Shown: one piece after another, positions 1 through 11,600 of the stretch
Layout of the letters: the number at the start of each line of letters is the position of its first letter
Position numbering within the stretch: position 1 is the first letter of the stretch
Origin: Trichormus sp. ATA11-4-KO1
GTDB lineage: Bacteria > Cyanobacteriota > Cyanobacteriia > Cyanobacteriales > Nostocaceae
Length of the DNA stretch: 64,000 nt
NCBI GenBank assembly: GCA_019358915.1
Contig: JAHHIM010000036.1
Coordinates: forward strand, 1 to 64,000
Direction of reading: 5' to 3'
Translations under genes and position numbers: made by a program
The notes under the pieces: model-generated
What the model was told of the DNA's origin: nothing
The model's input: the letters and a program-made list of their open reading frames with translations, nothing else
The model's database searches: none

Positions 1-452
1 TCAAGAGACTTAATACTACTTATTCTCATTAAGTCTCTGGAATCTTGAATCTAACTTAGTTCTTATGTACTACTCCGTCAGCTTTTTGTTGATGTGTGAC
101 AGTTAGGGTGCGGAAGGTGGGTTAAAAAGCTCACGCAAAGACGCAGAGGCGCAAAGAAGACCGCAAAAAGTAACTCGAAAAATTAAATTCCCACTATCTG
201 CATCCAAGACGACTATCAAATTCTTCTCCCCCCTGCTCCCCCAGGGCTGATTCGTTCCCTAAAAGGGTTAAAATTGCAAGGGCAAATCCACAATTAAGAC
301 CGAAAATTTTGGCATCTTCAGTCCGAAATACCTGATTTTTCTTTGCGTCTTTGCGCCTTTGCGTGAGATTATCCTCTTGACAAATCTCCAACACAAGCGA
401 ATGAAACAGCCCTGCCTGCTCCCCTGCTCCCCTGCTCCCCTGCGAGGTTAGT

Positions 453-1235
453 CTGAGCCACTGGTACAACGGCAAACTAATCACATCCCCAACCCTGGAA
501 CTAGATATTAATGATCCGGGGTTACTTTACGGTGCAACGGTTTTTACGACACTGCGGGTTTATGGGAAATCCCTCGATCACAGTTTAACTAACTGGGTTT
601 CACATTGCGATCGCCTACTGTTCTCACTGCAATCTTTTGGCTGGACACACCCTAATTGGCATCTGATCCGTCAAGGTGCAGAAATCCTCTCAGAAAACTT
701 CCCCGTTCTCAGAATTACTCTCTTTCCTGATGGGCGAGAGTGGATCACTGGTAGGTTTTTACCACTGGATTTGAGCGCAAAACAGCAACACGGCATTATC
801 ACAACTTTGGCTACGTGGGAATTTTTTCGTAGTCTCCCTTCTCATAAAACTGGAAACTATCTGAGTGCTTGGTTAGCCAAGACTAATGCCCAACAGTTAA
901 ATGCTCAAGAAGCAATTTTAGTAGATGCCGCAGGCCATTGGCTAGAAACTACCACAGGTAATCTTTGGGGATGGCAAGATAGTAGTTGGTGGACTCCACC
1001 GTTGACAGAGGGAATTTTACCGGGTGTAATACGATCGCAAATTATCAAGTGGCTGCCAAACGTGCGTGAGGAACCTTGGAATGCAGATTTAGTCAGGAGA
1101 TTTGAAGCGATCGCCTACACTAATAGTGTGGTAGAAATTATCCCCATTCATACCGTTCAGCAGCCCACAGGGTCGCTACAATATAATCCCTACCATCATA
1201 GTTTTCCGCAAATCAGGAGGCTTTTTTTAGCATGA
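453..1235 (+). CDS. Aminotransferase class IV / 4-amino-4-deoxychorismate lyase-like protein (probable CTG start)
   Basis: The ORF-track frame (771) stays open upstream to 453 and encodes the class IV N-terminus HWYNGKL..DPGLLYGATVFTTLRVY..HCDRL. It also has HKTGNY (PLP lysine), ETTTGN and GILPGVIR motifs. Confidence 0.85.
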   Translation: MSHWYNGKLITSPTLELDINDPGLLYGATVFTTLRVYGKSLDHSLTNWVSHCDRLLFSLQSFGWTHPNWHLIRQGAEILSENFPVLRITLFPDGREWITGRFLPLDLSAKQQHGIITTLATWEFFRSLPSHKTGNYLSAWLAKTNAQQLNAQEAILVDAAGHWLETTTGNLWGWQDSSWWTPPLTEGILPGVIRSQIIKWLPNVREEPWNADLVRRFEAIAYTNSVVEIIPIHTVQQPTGSLQYNPYHHSFPQIRRLFLA

Positions 1236-1258
1236 CAGCCACATCATTATGTTATACC

Positions 1259-1276
1259 TTAAGATAAGTTAACATA
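1259..1276 (+). promoter_or_regulatory. HLR1-like (RpaB) direct repeat upstream of ftsH
   Basis: TTAAGATA-AG-TTAACATA is an imperfect match to (G/T)TTACA(T/A)(T/A)-N2 repeats. Confidence 0.35.
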
Positions 1277-1347
1277 ATTCTTAATAATGCCCTCTCATAT
1301 TCAGAGAAGCTACAAGAACGCCAAAAAATACAGGAGGATAGACCTCA

Positions 1348-3186
1348 GTGAATAAAAGATGGAGAAATGCGGGGCTGTACGCGCTGCTTTTTATTGTTGT
1401 CATTGCGCTAGGAACAGCATTCTTTGACAAGCAACCTCAAAGCAAAGAAACATGGCGATACAGTCAATTTATCCAAGAAGTTGAGAAAGGCAGAGTAGAT
1501 AGAGTCAGCCTTAGTGCAGATCGCTCTACAGCACTTGTTACCTCCAGCGATGGTAACAAAAAGGTAGTGACTTTAGTCAACGACCCTGATTTAATCAATA
1601 CACTAACTGATAGAGGCGTTGATATTTCTGTTTTGCCGCAAACAGATGAAGGATTTTGGTTTAAGGCACTGAGCAGCTTATTTTTCCCTGTATTGCTTCT
1701 AGTGGGCTTATTCTTCTTACTCCGCCGCGCGCAAAGTGGACCTGGTAGCCAAGCGATGAACTTTGGTAAGTCCAAAGCCAGAGTGCAGATGGAGCCGCAA
1801 ACTCAGGTAACTTTTGGCGATGTCGCTGGTATTGACCAAGCCAAGCTGGAATTAAACGAAGTAGTAGACTTTCTCAAAAACGCTGATCGCTTTACCGCAG
1901 TTGGTGCCAAAATTCCTAAAGGTGTACTGTTAGTTGGCCCTCCTGGTACAGGTAAAACCCTCCTAGCTCGTGCTGTAGCTGGTGAAGCTGGTGTACCCTT
2001 CTTCTCCATCTCTGGTTCTGAGTTTGTGGAAATGTTCGTTGGTGTGGGTGCGTCCCGCGTCCGCGATTTATTTGAGCAAGCTAAAACCAATGCTCCTTGT
2101 ATCGTCTTCATCGATGAAATTGACGCTGTAGGTCGTCAACGGGGTGCAGGTTTAGGCGGTGGTAACGATGAGCGGGAACAAACCCTCAACCAGTTACTTA
2201 CTGAAATGGATGGTTTTGAAGGTAACACAGGCATCATTATTATTGCTGCTACCAACCGTCCTGATGTCTTAGATGCAGCATTGTTGCGTCCCGGTCGTTT
2301 TGACCGTCAGGTAGTTGTAGACCGTCCCGATTATGCCGGACGCAGCGAAATTCTCAAAGTTCACGCCCGTGGTAAGACCCTAGCCAAGGATGTGGACTTG
2401 GATAAAATTGCTCGTCGTACCCCTGGTTTTACTGGTGCAGATTTATCCAACCTGTTGAACGAAGCCGCTATTTTGGCAGCACGGCGCAACTTGACCGAAA
2501 TTTCGATGGATGAAATCAACGACGCTATTGATCGCGTGTTAGCCGGACCAGAGAAGAAAGACCGGGTAATGAGCGAAAAACGCAAAACCTTGGTAGCATA
2601 TCACGAAGCTGGTCACGCCTTGGTTGGTGCTTTGATGCCCGACTATGACCCAGTACAGAAAATCAGCATTATCCCACGTGGTCGCGCCGGTGGTTTAACT
2701 TGGTTTACCCCCAGTGAAGACCGGATGGACACAGGATTATACAGCCGCGCTTATCTAGAAAATCAGATGGCCGTGGCTTTAGGTGGTCGCATCGCTGAAG
2801 AAATCATCTTTGGTGACGAAGAAGTGACCACAGGTGCTTCCAATGACTTGCAACAGGTAGCTCGTGTTGCGCGTCAGATGATTACCCGCTTTGGTATGAG
2901 CGATCGCTTGGGGCCTGTTGCCCTGGGTCGTCAGCAAGGTAACATGTTCCTAGGTCGTGATATCATGTCTGAGCGTGATTTCTCTGAGGAGACTGCTGCT
3001 GCCATTGATGAAGAAGTTCGTAAACTTGTGGAAGTAGCCTATACTCGCGCTAAAGAAGTGTTAGTTAACAATCGCCATATTCTTGATGAGATTGCGAGAA
3101 TGCTGGTTGATAAGGAAACAGTAGATGCTGAAGAATTGCAAGAAATTTTGGCAAATAATGATGTGAAAACAGCAGCGTTTGCCTAA
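1348..3186 (+). CDS. ftsH: ATP-dependent zinc metalloprotease FtsH (FtsH3 type)
   Basis: Two TM segments, Walker [18 protein letters not shown] and HEAGH zinc motif. The N-terminus [10 protein letters not shown] is typical of cyanobacterial FtsH3. Confidence 0.98.
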   Translation: MNKRWRNAGLYALLFIVVIALGTAFFDKQPQSKETWRYSQFIQEVEKGRVDRVSLSADRSTALVTSSDGNKKVVTLVNDPDLINTLTDRGVDISVLPQTDEGFWFKALSSLFFPVLLLVGLFFLLRRAQSGPGSQAMNFGKSKARVQMEPQTQVTFGDVAGIDQAKLELNEVVDFLKNADRFTAVGAKIPKGVLLVGPPGTGKTLLARAVAGEAGVPFFSISGSEFVEMFVGVGASRVRDLFEQAKTNAPCIVFIDEIDAVGRQRGAGLGGGNDEREQTLNQLLTEMDGFEGNTGIIIIAATNRPDVLDAALLRPGRFDRQVVVDRPDYAGRSEILKVHARGKTLAKDVDLDKIARRTPGFTGADLSNLLNEAAILAARRNLTEISMDEINDAIDRVLAGPEKKDRVMSEKRKTLVAYHEAGHALVGALMPDYDPVQKISIIPRGRAGGLTWFTPSEDRMDTGLYSRAYLENQMAVALGGRIAEEIIFGDEEVTTGASNDLQQVARVARQMITRFGMSDRLGPVALGRQQGNMFLGRDIMSERDFSEETAAAIDEEVRKLVEVAYTRAKEVLVNNRHILDEIARMLVDKETVDAEELQEILANNDVKTAAFA

Positions 3187-3204
3187 TTAAGTTTAATAAT
3201 TCAG

Positions 3205-3240
3205 CTCCCCGACTTTTTGAAAAAATCGGGGATTTTTTTG
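3205..3240 (+). terminator. Intrinsic terminator after ftsH
   Basis: TCCCCGA..TCGGGGA stem followed by a T-run. Confidence 0.7.
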
Positions 3241-3300
3241 TTAACTAGCGATCGCCACATGCCATACCATCTATTTGTATCATTAAAGCCTGCGTTGATT

Positions 3301-4164
3301 TTAAGGATTGCAGTACATACATTGTGCTGGATCAGCATATTGACTCTCATGGGGAAATGGTTTTTTTTGACTAAAACCACATTTTTGACATTGATAAATC
3401 ACTGTCAGCGTTAAAAGAGTTGGCGAGTAGCATACAGCACAAGGTAATCCCGGAATTTTTTGAGTAATTGCAAAACCAGGCGTAGAACATTTGGGACAAA
3501 GACTTTTAATTTTTCTGACCAAATCTTCAGTAGCTTTGGCAATATTATTCATACGTGTAGGGTTATACATTGCCCGCATATCTGTTTCCAGATGTGCTCT
3601 ACCTGTTGGTGAATTTTCGAGAACGAAATTTACAGCTTCTACAAGTTGTTCTGTTGTAATAATTCCTTTAATAGCTTGCTGATTACATTGAGGATATTCA
3701 CTAAACATAACCACCAAACCATGTGCAGGAAAGCCTATTTTATGGGCAAACTCAAATGCTTGTTCCACATTTTCCACAACTAGATGATTATGGTTAGTTT
3801 CTAGAGAAAATTCTTCGCCAATAATTTCTAAATTGTGTTTTTTATCTAAAAGAATGACAATTTCTCTATTACTAGAAATAAAAGGTATATTGGGGTGAGG
3901 TGCAAAACTACCTTCGCTAGCTATTACTAAAGTTTCACCAGTTAATTTTAATGCTTTTTCCGCTTTTAGTTTAGCAGCTGCAATTTGAGTACCTGGGCGT
4001 TTAATTTCCCTAGTAAATGTACCAAAAGCATCAGTATTAAAATTTTCAGGAACGATAACTTGAATGCCTAACTCTGCTTCTAAAATGGGAGCGATCGCTC
4101 TTTCTTTTTGGTGCATTGTCGCCAGGACTGCTATCCGGTTAGTAAATAATGAATTTTGGTTCAT
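3301..4164 (-). CDS. DUF6671-like protein with C-terminal CxxC zinc-binding repeats
   Basis: 287-aa ORF with LATMHxKE, ASEGSF and ETDMRAxxNPTRM motifs and four CxxC pairs ending CMYCNP. Confidence 0.7.
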   Translation of the reverse strand: MNQNSLFTNRIAVLATMHQKERAIAPILEAELGIQVIVPENFNTDAFGTFTREIKRPGTQIAAAKLKAEKALKLTGETLVIASEGSFAPHPNIPFISSNREIVILLDKKHNLEIIGEEFSLETNHNHLVVENVEQAFEFAHKIGFPAHGLVVMFSEYPQCNQQAIKGIITTEQLVEAVNFVLENSPTGRAHLETDMRAMYNPTRMNNIAKATEDLVRKIKSLCPKCSTPGFAITQKIPGLPCAVCYSPTLLTLTVIYQCQKCGFSQKKPFPHESQYADPAQCMYCNP

Positions 4165-4301
4165 TCTTTACCTCCTGAAATTTGGTTGGATAAATCAATT
4201 ATCCCATTAGTGCAGTAACATGTACTTTCAAAAGGGAAATCTTTATGAGCAAAATTAGGGAATTTGTACAAGGATGTATTATTCTCTCCCAGCCTCCCCA
4301 G

Positions 4302-5408
4302 CTATCTTAACTGTCTGATGGTGATTGAACCAATACCTGCATGTTCGTGGAACTTTTGAGTTTTGTTGAATTCAGCTTTGGTGTCGGAATAAATACCAGC
4401 AAAGTCTGTAATTGTCCACTGATTAGACCTGATCAATACGCCTGAACCTAGTCCCTGCTCAAATTCAATGTACTCTCGTCCTTCATTATTCCAGTTGTAG
4501 GATAGAGTGGCTGGGCCGTAGACTGCAACAGCTTGTTTGAGGGGAGTACCTGGCCCCACCCCAGCAGTCGTTCTGTAGTCAGGATTGCCCACGGTGATAC
4601 TGTTAATCACAGAGTTATCAGTTATCGGCTGTTTCCCTTCTACGGTGAAACCCAACGCGTACTGCAAAGTTCCTTCCTGACTAACCTTAATTCCTTCACC
4701 TGCATCAACCCCCAAGCGGGTGGGTGCAAATTTTGCTTCCTCACCTAAAACTTGCTTGAGTTGCCCTAAAGTCATACCCAGTTTAGCAGGGCCGACATTC
4801 TTGTTAGTAATTAACTGATTAGATGAGGGCGATCGCACGCCTAATTTTTGACAACCATTAGGCACTCCATCTACAATTTCCGAACTAATTAGCCTTAAAG
4901 CATCATCACGCCAATAGTATTGAGTGTTTTGTATACAAGTGCCTGCACCAATAAATTTATAACTATTGGAGAGGATGTTGGTTTGGGGGTCAAATTGGGG
5001 AAATCCAGCGATTTCTAGTTCTAGAGGCTGAATTTTGAGTTCAGGCTGAGAAGTATCTACTTCCAGAAAGGCGAATCTGCCTTGATAGGCGGCCATGAAA
5101 CAAAGGAGCTGTACTAGGTGCTGACCCTCTTTGTGAAAATAGACTTCTGAGAATTCCCGTGCCGCTTCTGGGTTAAACTCGAAATCGCAAACCTGCAAAC
5201 TTTTCTGACGGCTAATGACCTCGTTGAGGATGGTTTCTGAATTGGGCTTGTCAGCAACAATAGACGGGGACTGAGGTTGTTGTGCAGACTGGGATAATTC
5301 CGGCGCTGGGATAGATGCACAGGACATGAGACTGGAGACAATAATGGCGGTGAATGGGGCGAAGGGCTGAAAGTAGCAGCGCTTGGCTATCGCTCTGGCT
5401 GTATGCAT
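4302..5408 (-). CDS. Hypothetical secreted protein/lipoprotein (DUF1176-like N-terminal half)
   Basis: 368-aa ORF with a hydrophobic N-terminus, an LMSC lipobox-like motif and the CFMAAYQG..K.IGAGTC pattern. Confidence 0.6.
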   Translation of the reverse strand: MHTARAIAKRCYFQPFAPFTAIIVSSLMSCASIPAPELSQSAQQPQSPSIVADKPNSETILNEVISRQKSLQVCDFEFNPEAAREFSEVYFHKEGQHLVQLLCFMAAYQGRFAFLEVDTSQPELKIQPLELEIAGFPQFDPQTNILSNSYKFIGAGTCIQNTQYYWRDDALRLISSEIVDGVPNGCQKLGVRSPSSNQLITNKNVGPAKLGMTLGQLKQVLGEEAKFAPTRLGVDAGEGIKVSQEGTLQYALGFTVEGKQPITDNSVINSITVGNPDYRTTAGVGPGTPLKQAVAVYGPATLSYNWNNEGREYIEFEQGLGSGVLIRSNQWTITDFAGIYSDTKAEFNKTQKFHEHAGIGSITIRQLR

Positions 5409-5677
5409 TGGTAAATCAATTGTTTATAGTTATACCAGTATAATTGCTCCTATTTTTAACTTAATAAACTTGTAAATTAATCAACTAGCCCTTTGTCCAA
5501 TTTTAGGCTTTTCACCTTTGTGCCTTTGTGGTGCAAAAGTTATTTTTTACCACTAAGACACAAAGAATATGAAGTAAATAGTACTTGGACAAGTCTCGCC
5601 ATTTGGGTCACTGAGCGGCTCGAGTGACTTGTACTGAGCCTTGTCGAAGTGTGGGCGGTCTTTTAACTCAGCACTCT

Positions 5678-6691
5678 TCATCCCATCGCCGCAGAAGTTG
5701 TCACTTTTTCTAGTCTTTGGTGAGGCGGACGCATTTCTAAACCCAGCAAATTCAGCATTTCTCGGTCAGCGTCGTAATCAGGACAGGGAGTAGTAACTGT
5801 GAGCATTTTATTATCGTCGCTGGAGAAGATAGAATTTGCCCCAGCCATAAAGCATAATGCTTGTTCCACTTGGGAAAGTCTCGCACGACCAGCACTGAGA
5901 CGCACATCAGAAGTTGGCATTAAAATCCGGGCTGTGGCTATCATGCGTACTACATCCCAAATAGGGACATCAGGCTGATTTTCTAAGGGTGTACCTGGAA
6001 CTTGGGAAAGAATATTAATTGGTACGGATTCTGGATGAGGATGTAGGTTAGCTAAAGTCTGTAACATTGCCACACGGTCATCCACACTTTCGCCTAAACC
6101 CAGGATACCGCCAGAACAAACAGTAACATTTGTCTGGCGGACATTCTCAATTGTATTCAGGCGATCGCCATAAGTTCTCGTGGTAATAATCGTGCTGTAA
6201 TATTCCTGTGAGGTATCTAAATTATGGTTATAGGCATACAGTCCAGCTGCTTCTAAGCGTTTAGCTTGGTCTGTGGTCAACATTCCCAGAGTGCAGCAGA
6301 CTTCTAAACCCATGTCGGTCACTTCCTTGACCATTTCGAGGACTGTCTCAAATTGTGAGTTATCCCGTACTTCCCGCCAAGCTGCACCCATACAAACGCG
6401 ACTTACACCAGTTTCTTTAGCTTTTTGGGCAATGCTAACTACTGTTTCCTTTTCTAGCAGTGCTTGGGGCTTTACTTCTGTCTTATAGCGAGAAGATTGG
6501 GCGCAGTAGCTACAATCTTCGGGACAAGCTCCTGTTTTAATAGAGATGAGCTTACAAACTTGTATTTTTGTTGGGTCATGATATTGGCGATGCACGCTAG
6601 CAGCTTGATAAATCAGCTCTAGGAATGGCGTGTTGTATATCGCCTGAATCTCTGCTTTGTGCCAATCGTAGCGTATTCCCACCGACATCAC
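5678..6691 (-). CDS. bioB: Biotin synthase
   Basis: Radical [25 protein letters not shown] and VRLSAGR motifs. Confidence 0.98.
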   Translation of the reverse strand: MMSVGIRYDWHKAEIQAIYNTPFLELIYQAASVHRQYHDPTKIQVCKLISIKTGACPEDCSYCAQSSRYKTEVKPQALLEKETVVSIAQKAKETGVSRVCMGAAWREVRDNSQFETVLEMVKEVTDMGLEVCCTLGMLTTDQAKRLEAAGLYAYNHNLDTSQEYYSTIITTRTYGDRLNTIENVRQTNVTVCSGGILGLGESVDDRVAMLQTLANLHPHPESVPINILSQVPGTPLENQPDVPIWDVVRMIATARILMPTSDVRLSAGRARLSQVEQALCFMAGANSIFSSDDNKMLTVTTPCPDYDADREMLNLLGLEMRPPHQRLEKVTTSAAMG

Positions 6692-6987
6692 TATCCTTGC
6701 TTATAGACTGGATTGATCAAGAGCCGTCTTCTTGCTAACTCTCCTAAAATACAGCGTTTGGATTAAATAATCCAATCGAAGTTTTTTGGCGCATGGCGTT
6801 TTACTACTCATCGGCGCTAAATCCTGGCGCTGTAGATATTAGAAATCAGCTTATCAAGATTCTGGTTATCTGGCAGATTGATTGTCAAAATAGTTACTAC
6901 AATATTTGGATCAAAGCTCTTAACTGATATATTCATCAAGCTGAACCTTCTCAAGTAGTACGCTGATACAGCAAAATTCTATCAAAT

Positions 6988-7749
6988 GTGTCACATTTTA
7001 CCTTAAATGTTGCCAAAATGGATACACAGCATCACGAAATTGTTAAACTGCCTCAAGCTACTTTGCCCACAAAATCCACTACTTTGAATAGCTATTTTGT
7101 GAGAACTATAGAAATCTTAAAATCAATTATTATTTCTATCGCCATCTCCAAGGATGCAGTTAAACTCACAATAGGTGCTTTAATGGCGATCGCGGCAATA
7201 TTTTTCCTGTTGATTTGGGGAAATATTCCCAATGGATTAAACCGATCTATATATCAATTATCAGGATTTTCCGGCAATATCGAATTAACTGCCGATGATC
7301 GTAGTCAAGCTATCGTCTCTGATTACCTCAAAACAATGACGCAGGTAATTTTAGCGGATAATCCCCAACAAATTAAAGCTAACCCAGCCATTTTTCGAGC
7401 CATGACTCAAGCTACTTTACAGGAGCTAGACCCAGGACGTAAGCGTTACGTCATGATGTTTTTACAAGATGCAAATTTACTGAAAAAAACATCTAATAAG
7501 CACCCATCGCTGCTGTTAGGAGCAAGTTTTACAGGAGCTAACCTCCAAGATATTAATTTACAATTTGCTAACTTACAAGGCACGAATCTCACTGGTGCAG
7601 ATTTGCGGGGTGCAGACTTACGCAGGGCAAATTTAGTCAATGCCAATCTGACAAAATCTTGTTATAACAACCTCACTATTTTTGATAAAAAATTCCAGCC
7701 AGATAAATTAGGCATGAGAGAGGTTAAAAATTCCCAAAAATGTGATTAA
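6988..7749 (+). CDS. Membrane-anchored pentapeptide repeat protein
   Basis: TM segment plus C-terminal A(D/N)LxG pentapeptide repeats. Confidence 0.85.
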   Translation: MSHFTLNVAKMDTQHHEIVKLPQATLPTKSTTLNSYFVRTIEILKSIIISIAISKDAVKLTIGALMAIAAIFFLLIWGNIPNGLNRSIYQLSGFSGNIELTADDRSQAIVSDYLKTMTQVILADNPQQIKANPAIFRAMTQATLQELDPGRKRYVMMFLQDANLLKKTSNKHPSLLLGASFTGANLQDINLQFANLQGTNLTGADLRGADLRRANLVNANLTKSCYNNLTIFDKKFQPDKLGMREVKNSQKCD

Positions 7750-7775
7750 AAGGCATTAATTTAAGCAACCGTTAT

Positions 7776-8351
7776 ATGAAATCAGAACTACCACTTATAA
7801 TAAGCGATCGCCTAACATTAAGAATTGCCATTAAAAAGGATATACCGCAAATACTTAAATATTTCAATGAAAATAAATCTTATCTAACACCATTTTATCC
7901 TCATTGGTTTGATCATTTTTTTACCGAAGAATATTGGCACTATCAAATTGAAAATAATGTTTTGGAGTTCATGCATGACCAATCTTTAAAGCTCTTTATT
8001 TTTCCGAAGAAAAAATCAACTAAAGTGATTGGCACGATCAACTTTAGTAACTTTATCCGAGGAGCCGCACATTTTTGCTATGTGGGATATAGTCTAGCGG
8101 AATCCGAGCAAGGTAAAGGTTACATGACAGAAGCTTTAAAATTTGCGACTGATTACGTATTTCAAGAATTAAATTTTCATCGGATTATGGCGAATTATAT
8201 GCCCCATAATCAGCGTAGTGGTAAGGTACTGAAAAAACTTGGTTTTGTTGTCGAAGGATATGCTAGAGACTATTTATTGATTAATGGAAAATGGGAAGAT
8301 CATATTCTTACAAGTCTGACTAATCCTAATTGGAAAGTAGACAAATATTAG
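7776..8351 (+). CDS. rimJ: RimJ-like GNAT N-acetyltransferase
   Basis: VGYSL..QGKGYMTEAL, HRIMANYMPHNQRS and EGYARDYLLINGKWEDH motifs. Confidence 0.9.
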   Translation: MKSELPLIISDRLTLRIAIKKDIPQILKYFNENKSYLTPFYPHWFDHFFTEEYWHYQIENNVLEFMHDQSLKLFIFPKKKSTKVIGTINFSNFIRGAAHFCYVGYSLAESEQGKGYMTEALKFATDYVFQELNFHRIMANYMPHNQRSGKVLKKLGFVVEGYARDYLLINGKWEDHILTSLTNPNWKVDKY

Positions 8352-8676
8352 GCTATTTAAAGATTTATTGGATACGGCGATCGCAGCTAGAACATCAAAC
8401 ACAATTTTTGAGCTAGATAAAGATATTAAATTAAATTTCATATCTTTATCTAGACAATTTTGGCTAAAATTTTGCCAAATTGTTGGGCATTTTTCTTGTA
8501 TCAGCTTATTCTTATTCACCTAATATAAGCGGCGCTGATTACAGTATGCTTAGAAAGCAGGTATATGGGGATAATTAACCACTGCTCAAGGGTGAAAGAG
8601 CGCCAACCACTTCCTGAAAGTACCTGAAGCAGTTACAAGGTGCAAAAAACATCAAAAATTCCTAAAGGATGAGGCT

Positions 8677-11600
8677 ATGGCAACTGAACAGTTAACTAGA
8701 GATAGCGATAATTTAGATTTAAAACAACTACTGACAACGCTAAATGCTGTCAAACAAGGTAACTTTTCTGTTCGGATGCCCATAGACCAAACGGGAATGG
8801 CAGGGAAAATAGCCGATACGCTCAACGATATTATTGACCAAAATGAGCGCATGGCTACAGAGCTACAGAGGATTGGCAATGTTGTAGGGAAAGAAGGCAA
8901 AATTGCCGAACGTGCCTCTCTAGGACATGTTCGCGGTTCATGGTCAGATTGCGTTAATTCTGTCAATACTCTGATTACAGATTTAGTCCAGCCTACAGCC
9001 GAAACTACTCGTGTGATTAGGTCTGTAGCTAATGGCGACCTATCCCAAACGATCGCCATAGAAATTGATGGCAAACTTCTCCAAGGAGAATTTCTACAAA
9101 CTGCCAATATCGTCAACACAATGGTAGATCGGCTCGGTTCCTTTGCCAGTGAAGTCACCAGGGTGGCGCGGGAAGTGGGAACCGAAGGTAAATTGGGTGT
9201 ACAAGCAGAAGTGAAGGGAGTCGCCGGCACTTGGAAGGACTTAACTGACAACGTTAACTTAATGGCGGGTAATTTGACCGGGCAAGTCCGCAACATTGCC
9301 GAAGTTGCCACAGCGATCGCTAATGGTGACCTCTCGAAAAAAATCACTGTCGATGTTAAAGGCGAAATTCTGGAACTCAAGAACACCGTCAACACGATGG
9401 TAGATCAACTTAACTCCTTTGCCAGTGAAGTCACCAGGGTGGCGCGGGAAGTGGGAACCGAAGGTAAATTGGGTGTGCAAGCAGAAGTGAAGGGAGTAGC
9501 CGGCACCTGGAAAGACTTGACAGACAACGTTAACTTAATGGCAGGTAATTTGACCGCCCAAGTCCGTAATATTGCGGAAGTGACCACAGCTGTAGCTAAC
9601 GGCGACCTTTCCAAAAAAATCACTGTCAATGTCAAAGGCGAAATTTTGGAGTTGAAAAATACTGTCAACATCATGGTGGATCAGCTCAACTCCTTTGCCA
9701 GTGAAGTCACCAGGGTAGCGCGTGAGGTGGGTGCAGAAGGAAAGTTGGGCGGTCAAGCACAAGTACGAGGGGTGGCTGGTACCTGGAAAGACTTGACCGA
9801 TAGTGTCAATTTTATGGCGGGAAGCTTAACAGCCCAAGTGCGAAATATTGCGGAAGTGACAACAGCTGTAGCTAATGGTGACCTTTCCAAGAAAATCACC
9901 GTCGATGTCAAAGGTGAAATTCTGGAGTTGAAAAACACAATCAACACGATGGTGGATCAGCTCAACTCCTTTGCTAGTGAAGTGACACGGGTGGCGCGGG
10001 AAGTAGGAACCGAAGGCAAACTGGGTGTGCAAGCGGAAGTAGGGGGGGTAGCTGGTACCTGGAAAGACTTGACAGACAACGTTAACTTAATGGCGGGTAA
10101 TCTCACCGGGCAAGTCCGCAACATTGCCGAAGTGGCTACAGCGATCGCTAACGGCGACCTTTCCAAAAAAATCACTGTCGATGTCAAAGGCGAAATTTTC
10201 GAGTTGAAGAACACGATTAACATCATGGTGGATCAGCTCAGTTCCTTCGCTAGTGAAGTCACACGGGTCGCCCGTGAGGTGGGGAGTGAAGGTAAGCTGG
10301 GCGTACAAGCAGATGTGAGGGGCGTAGCTGGCACTTGGAAGGATCTTACCGATAGCGTTAATTTCATGGCGGGAAGTTTAACAGCCCAAGTCCGCAATAT
10401 CGCTGAAGTTACTACTGCGGTGGCAACAGGCGACCTTTCTAAAAAAATCACCGTCGATGTCAAAGGTGAAATTTTAGAATTGAAAAATACTGTGAACACC
10501 ATGGTGGATCAGCTCAACTCCTTTGCTAGTGAAGTCACACGGGTGGCGCGGGAAGTAGGAACCGAAGGCAAGTTGGGTGTGCAAGCGGAAGTTAAAGGGG
10601 TGGCAGGTACTTGGAAGGATCTTACAGATAGCGTCAACTTCATGGCGGGAAGCTTAACAGCCCAAGTCCGCAACATTGCTGAAGTGACCACAGCTGTAGC
10701 TAACGGTGACCTTTCCAAGAAAATCACCGTCGATGTCAAAGGTGAAATTCTGGAGTTGAAAAACACAATCAACACCATGGTGGATCAGCTCAACTCCTTT
10801 GCTAGTGAAGTCACAAGGGTAGCGCGGGAAGTGGGAACCGAAGGCAAACTGGGTGTGCAAGCCTATGTTAGAGGAGTAGCAGGCACCTGGAAAGATTTGA
10901 CTGATAACGTTAACTCCATGGCGGGGAACCTGACAGCCCAGGTGCGGAACATTGCCGAAGTGACCAAGGCGGTGGCGAGTGGTGACCTCTCCAAGAAAAT
11001 TACCGTCGATGTCAAAGGCGAAATTTTAGATTTGAAAAACACGATCAACACCATGGTGGATCAGCTCAGTTCCTTTGCCAGTGAAGTGACGCGGGTTGCT
11101 AGGGAGGTAGGAACCGAAGGGAAATTGGGCGGTCAAGCACAAGTGCAGGGTGTTGCAGGGACTTGGAAAGATTTGACCGACAATGTTAACTCCATGGCAG
11201 GAAATTTGACAGCACAAGTGCGCGGTATTGCCAGAGTGGTGACGGCGGTTGCTAACGGTGATTTGAAACAAAAACTGATGCTAGATGCCAAGGGAGAAAT
11301 TGAAACCTTGGCAGAAACAATCAATGAGATGATTGATACCCTAGCAACCTTTGCCAATCAAGTAACTACAGTGGCACGGGAAGTGGGCATTGAAGGGAAG
11401 TTAGGCGGTCAAGCCAGAGTGCCTGGGGCCTCTGGTACGTGGAGAGATTTGACAGATAACGTCAACGAACTCGCTGCTACTCTCACTACCCAATTGCGGG
11501 CGATCGCCGAAGTTGCTACAGCTGTGACTAAAGGTGACTTAACCCGCTCAATCGCTGTCGAGGCTCTAGGCGAAGTAGCGATCCTCAAGGACAACATCAA

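Noticed and set aside
194..484. 96-aa minus-strand ORF
   Set aside because: It is built from STRR and CTTTGCG repeats and is likely spurious.
8575..8640. Possible riboswitch ahead of the poly-HAMP kinase
   Set aside because: Only weak pairing (CTGCTCAAGG/CCTGAAGCAG) and no recognisable aptamer consensus.
9121..11328. Regular 276-bp repeats and many antisense ORFs as a CRISPR-like array or separate genes
   Set aside because: They are in-frame HAMP coding repeats with no unique spacers; the antisense ORFs are shadows of the kinase.
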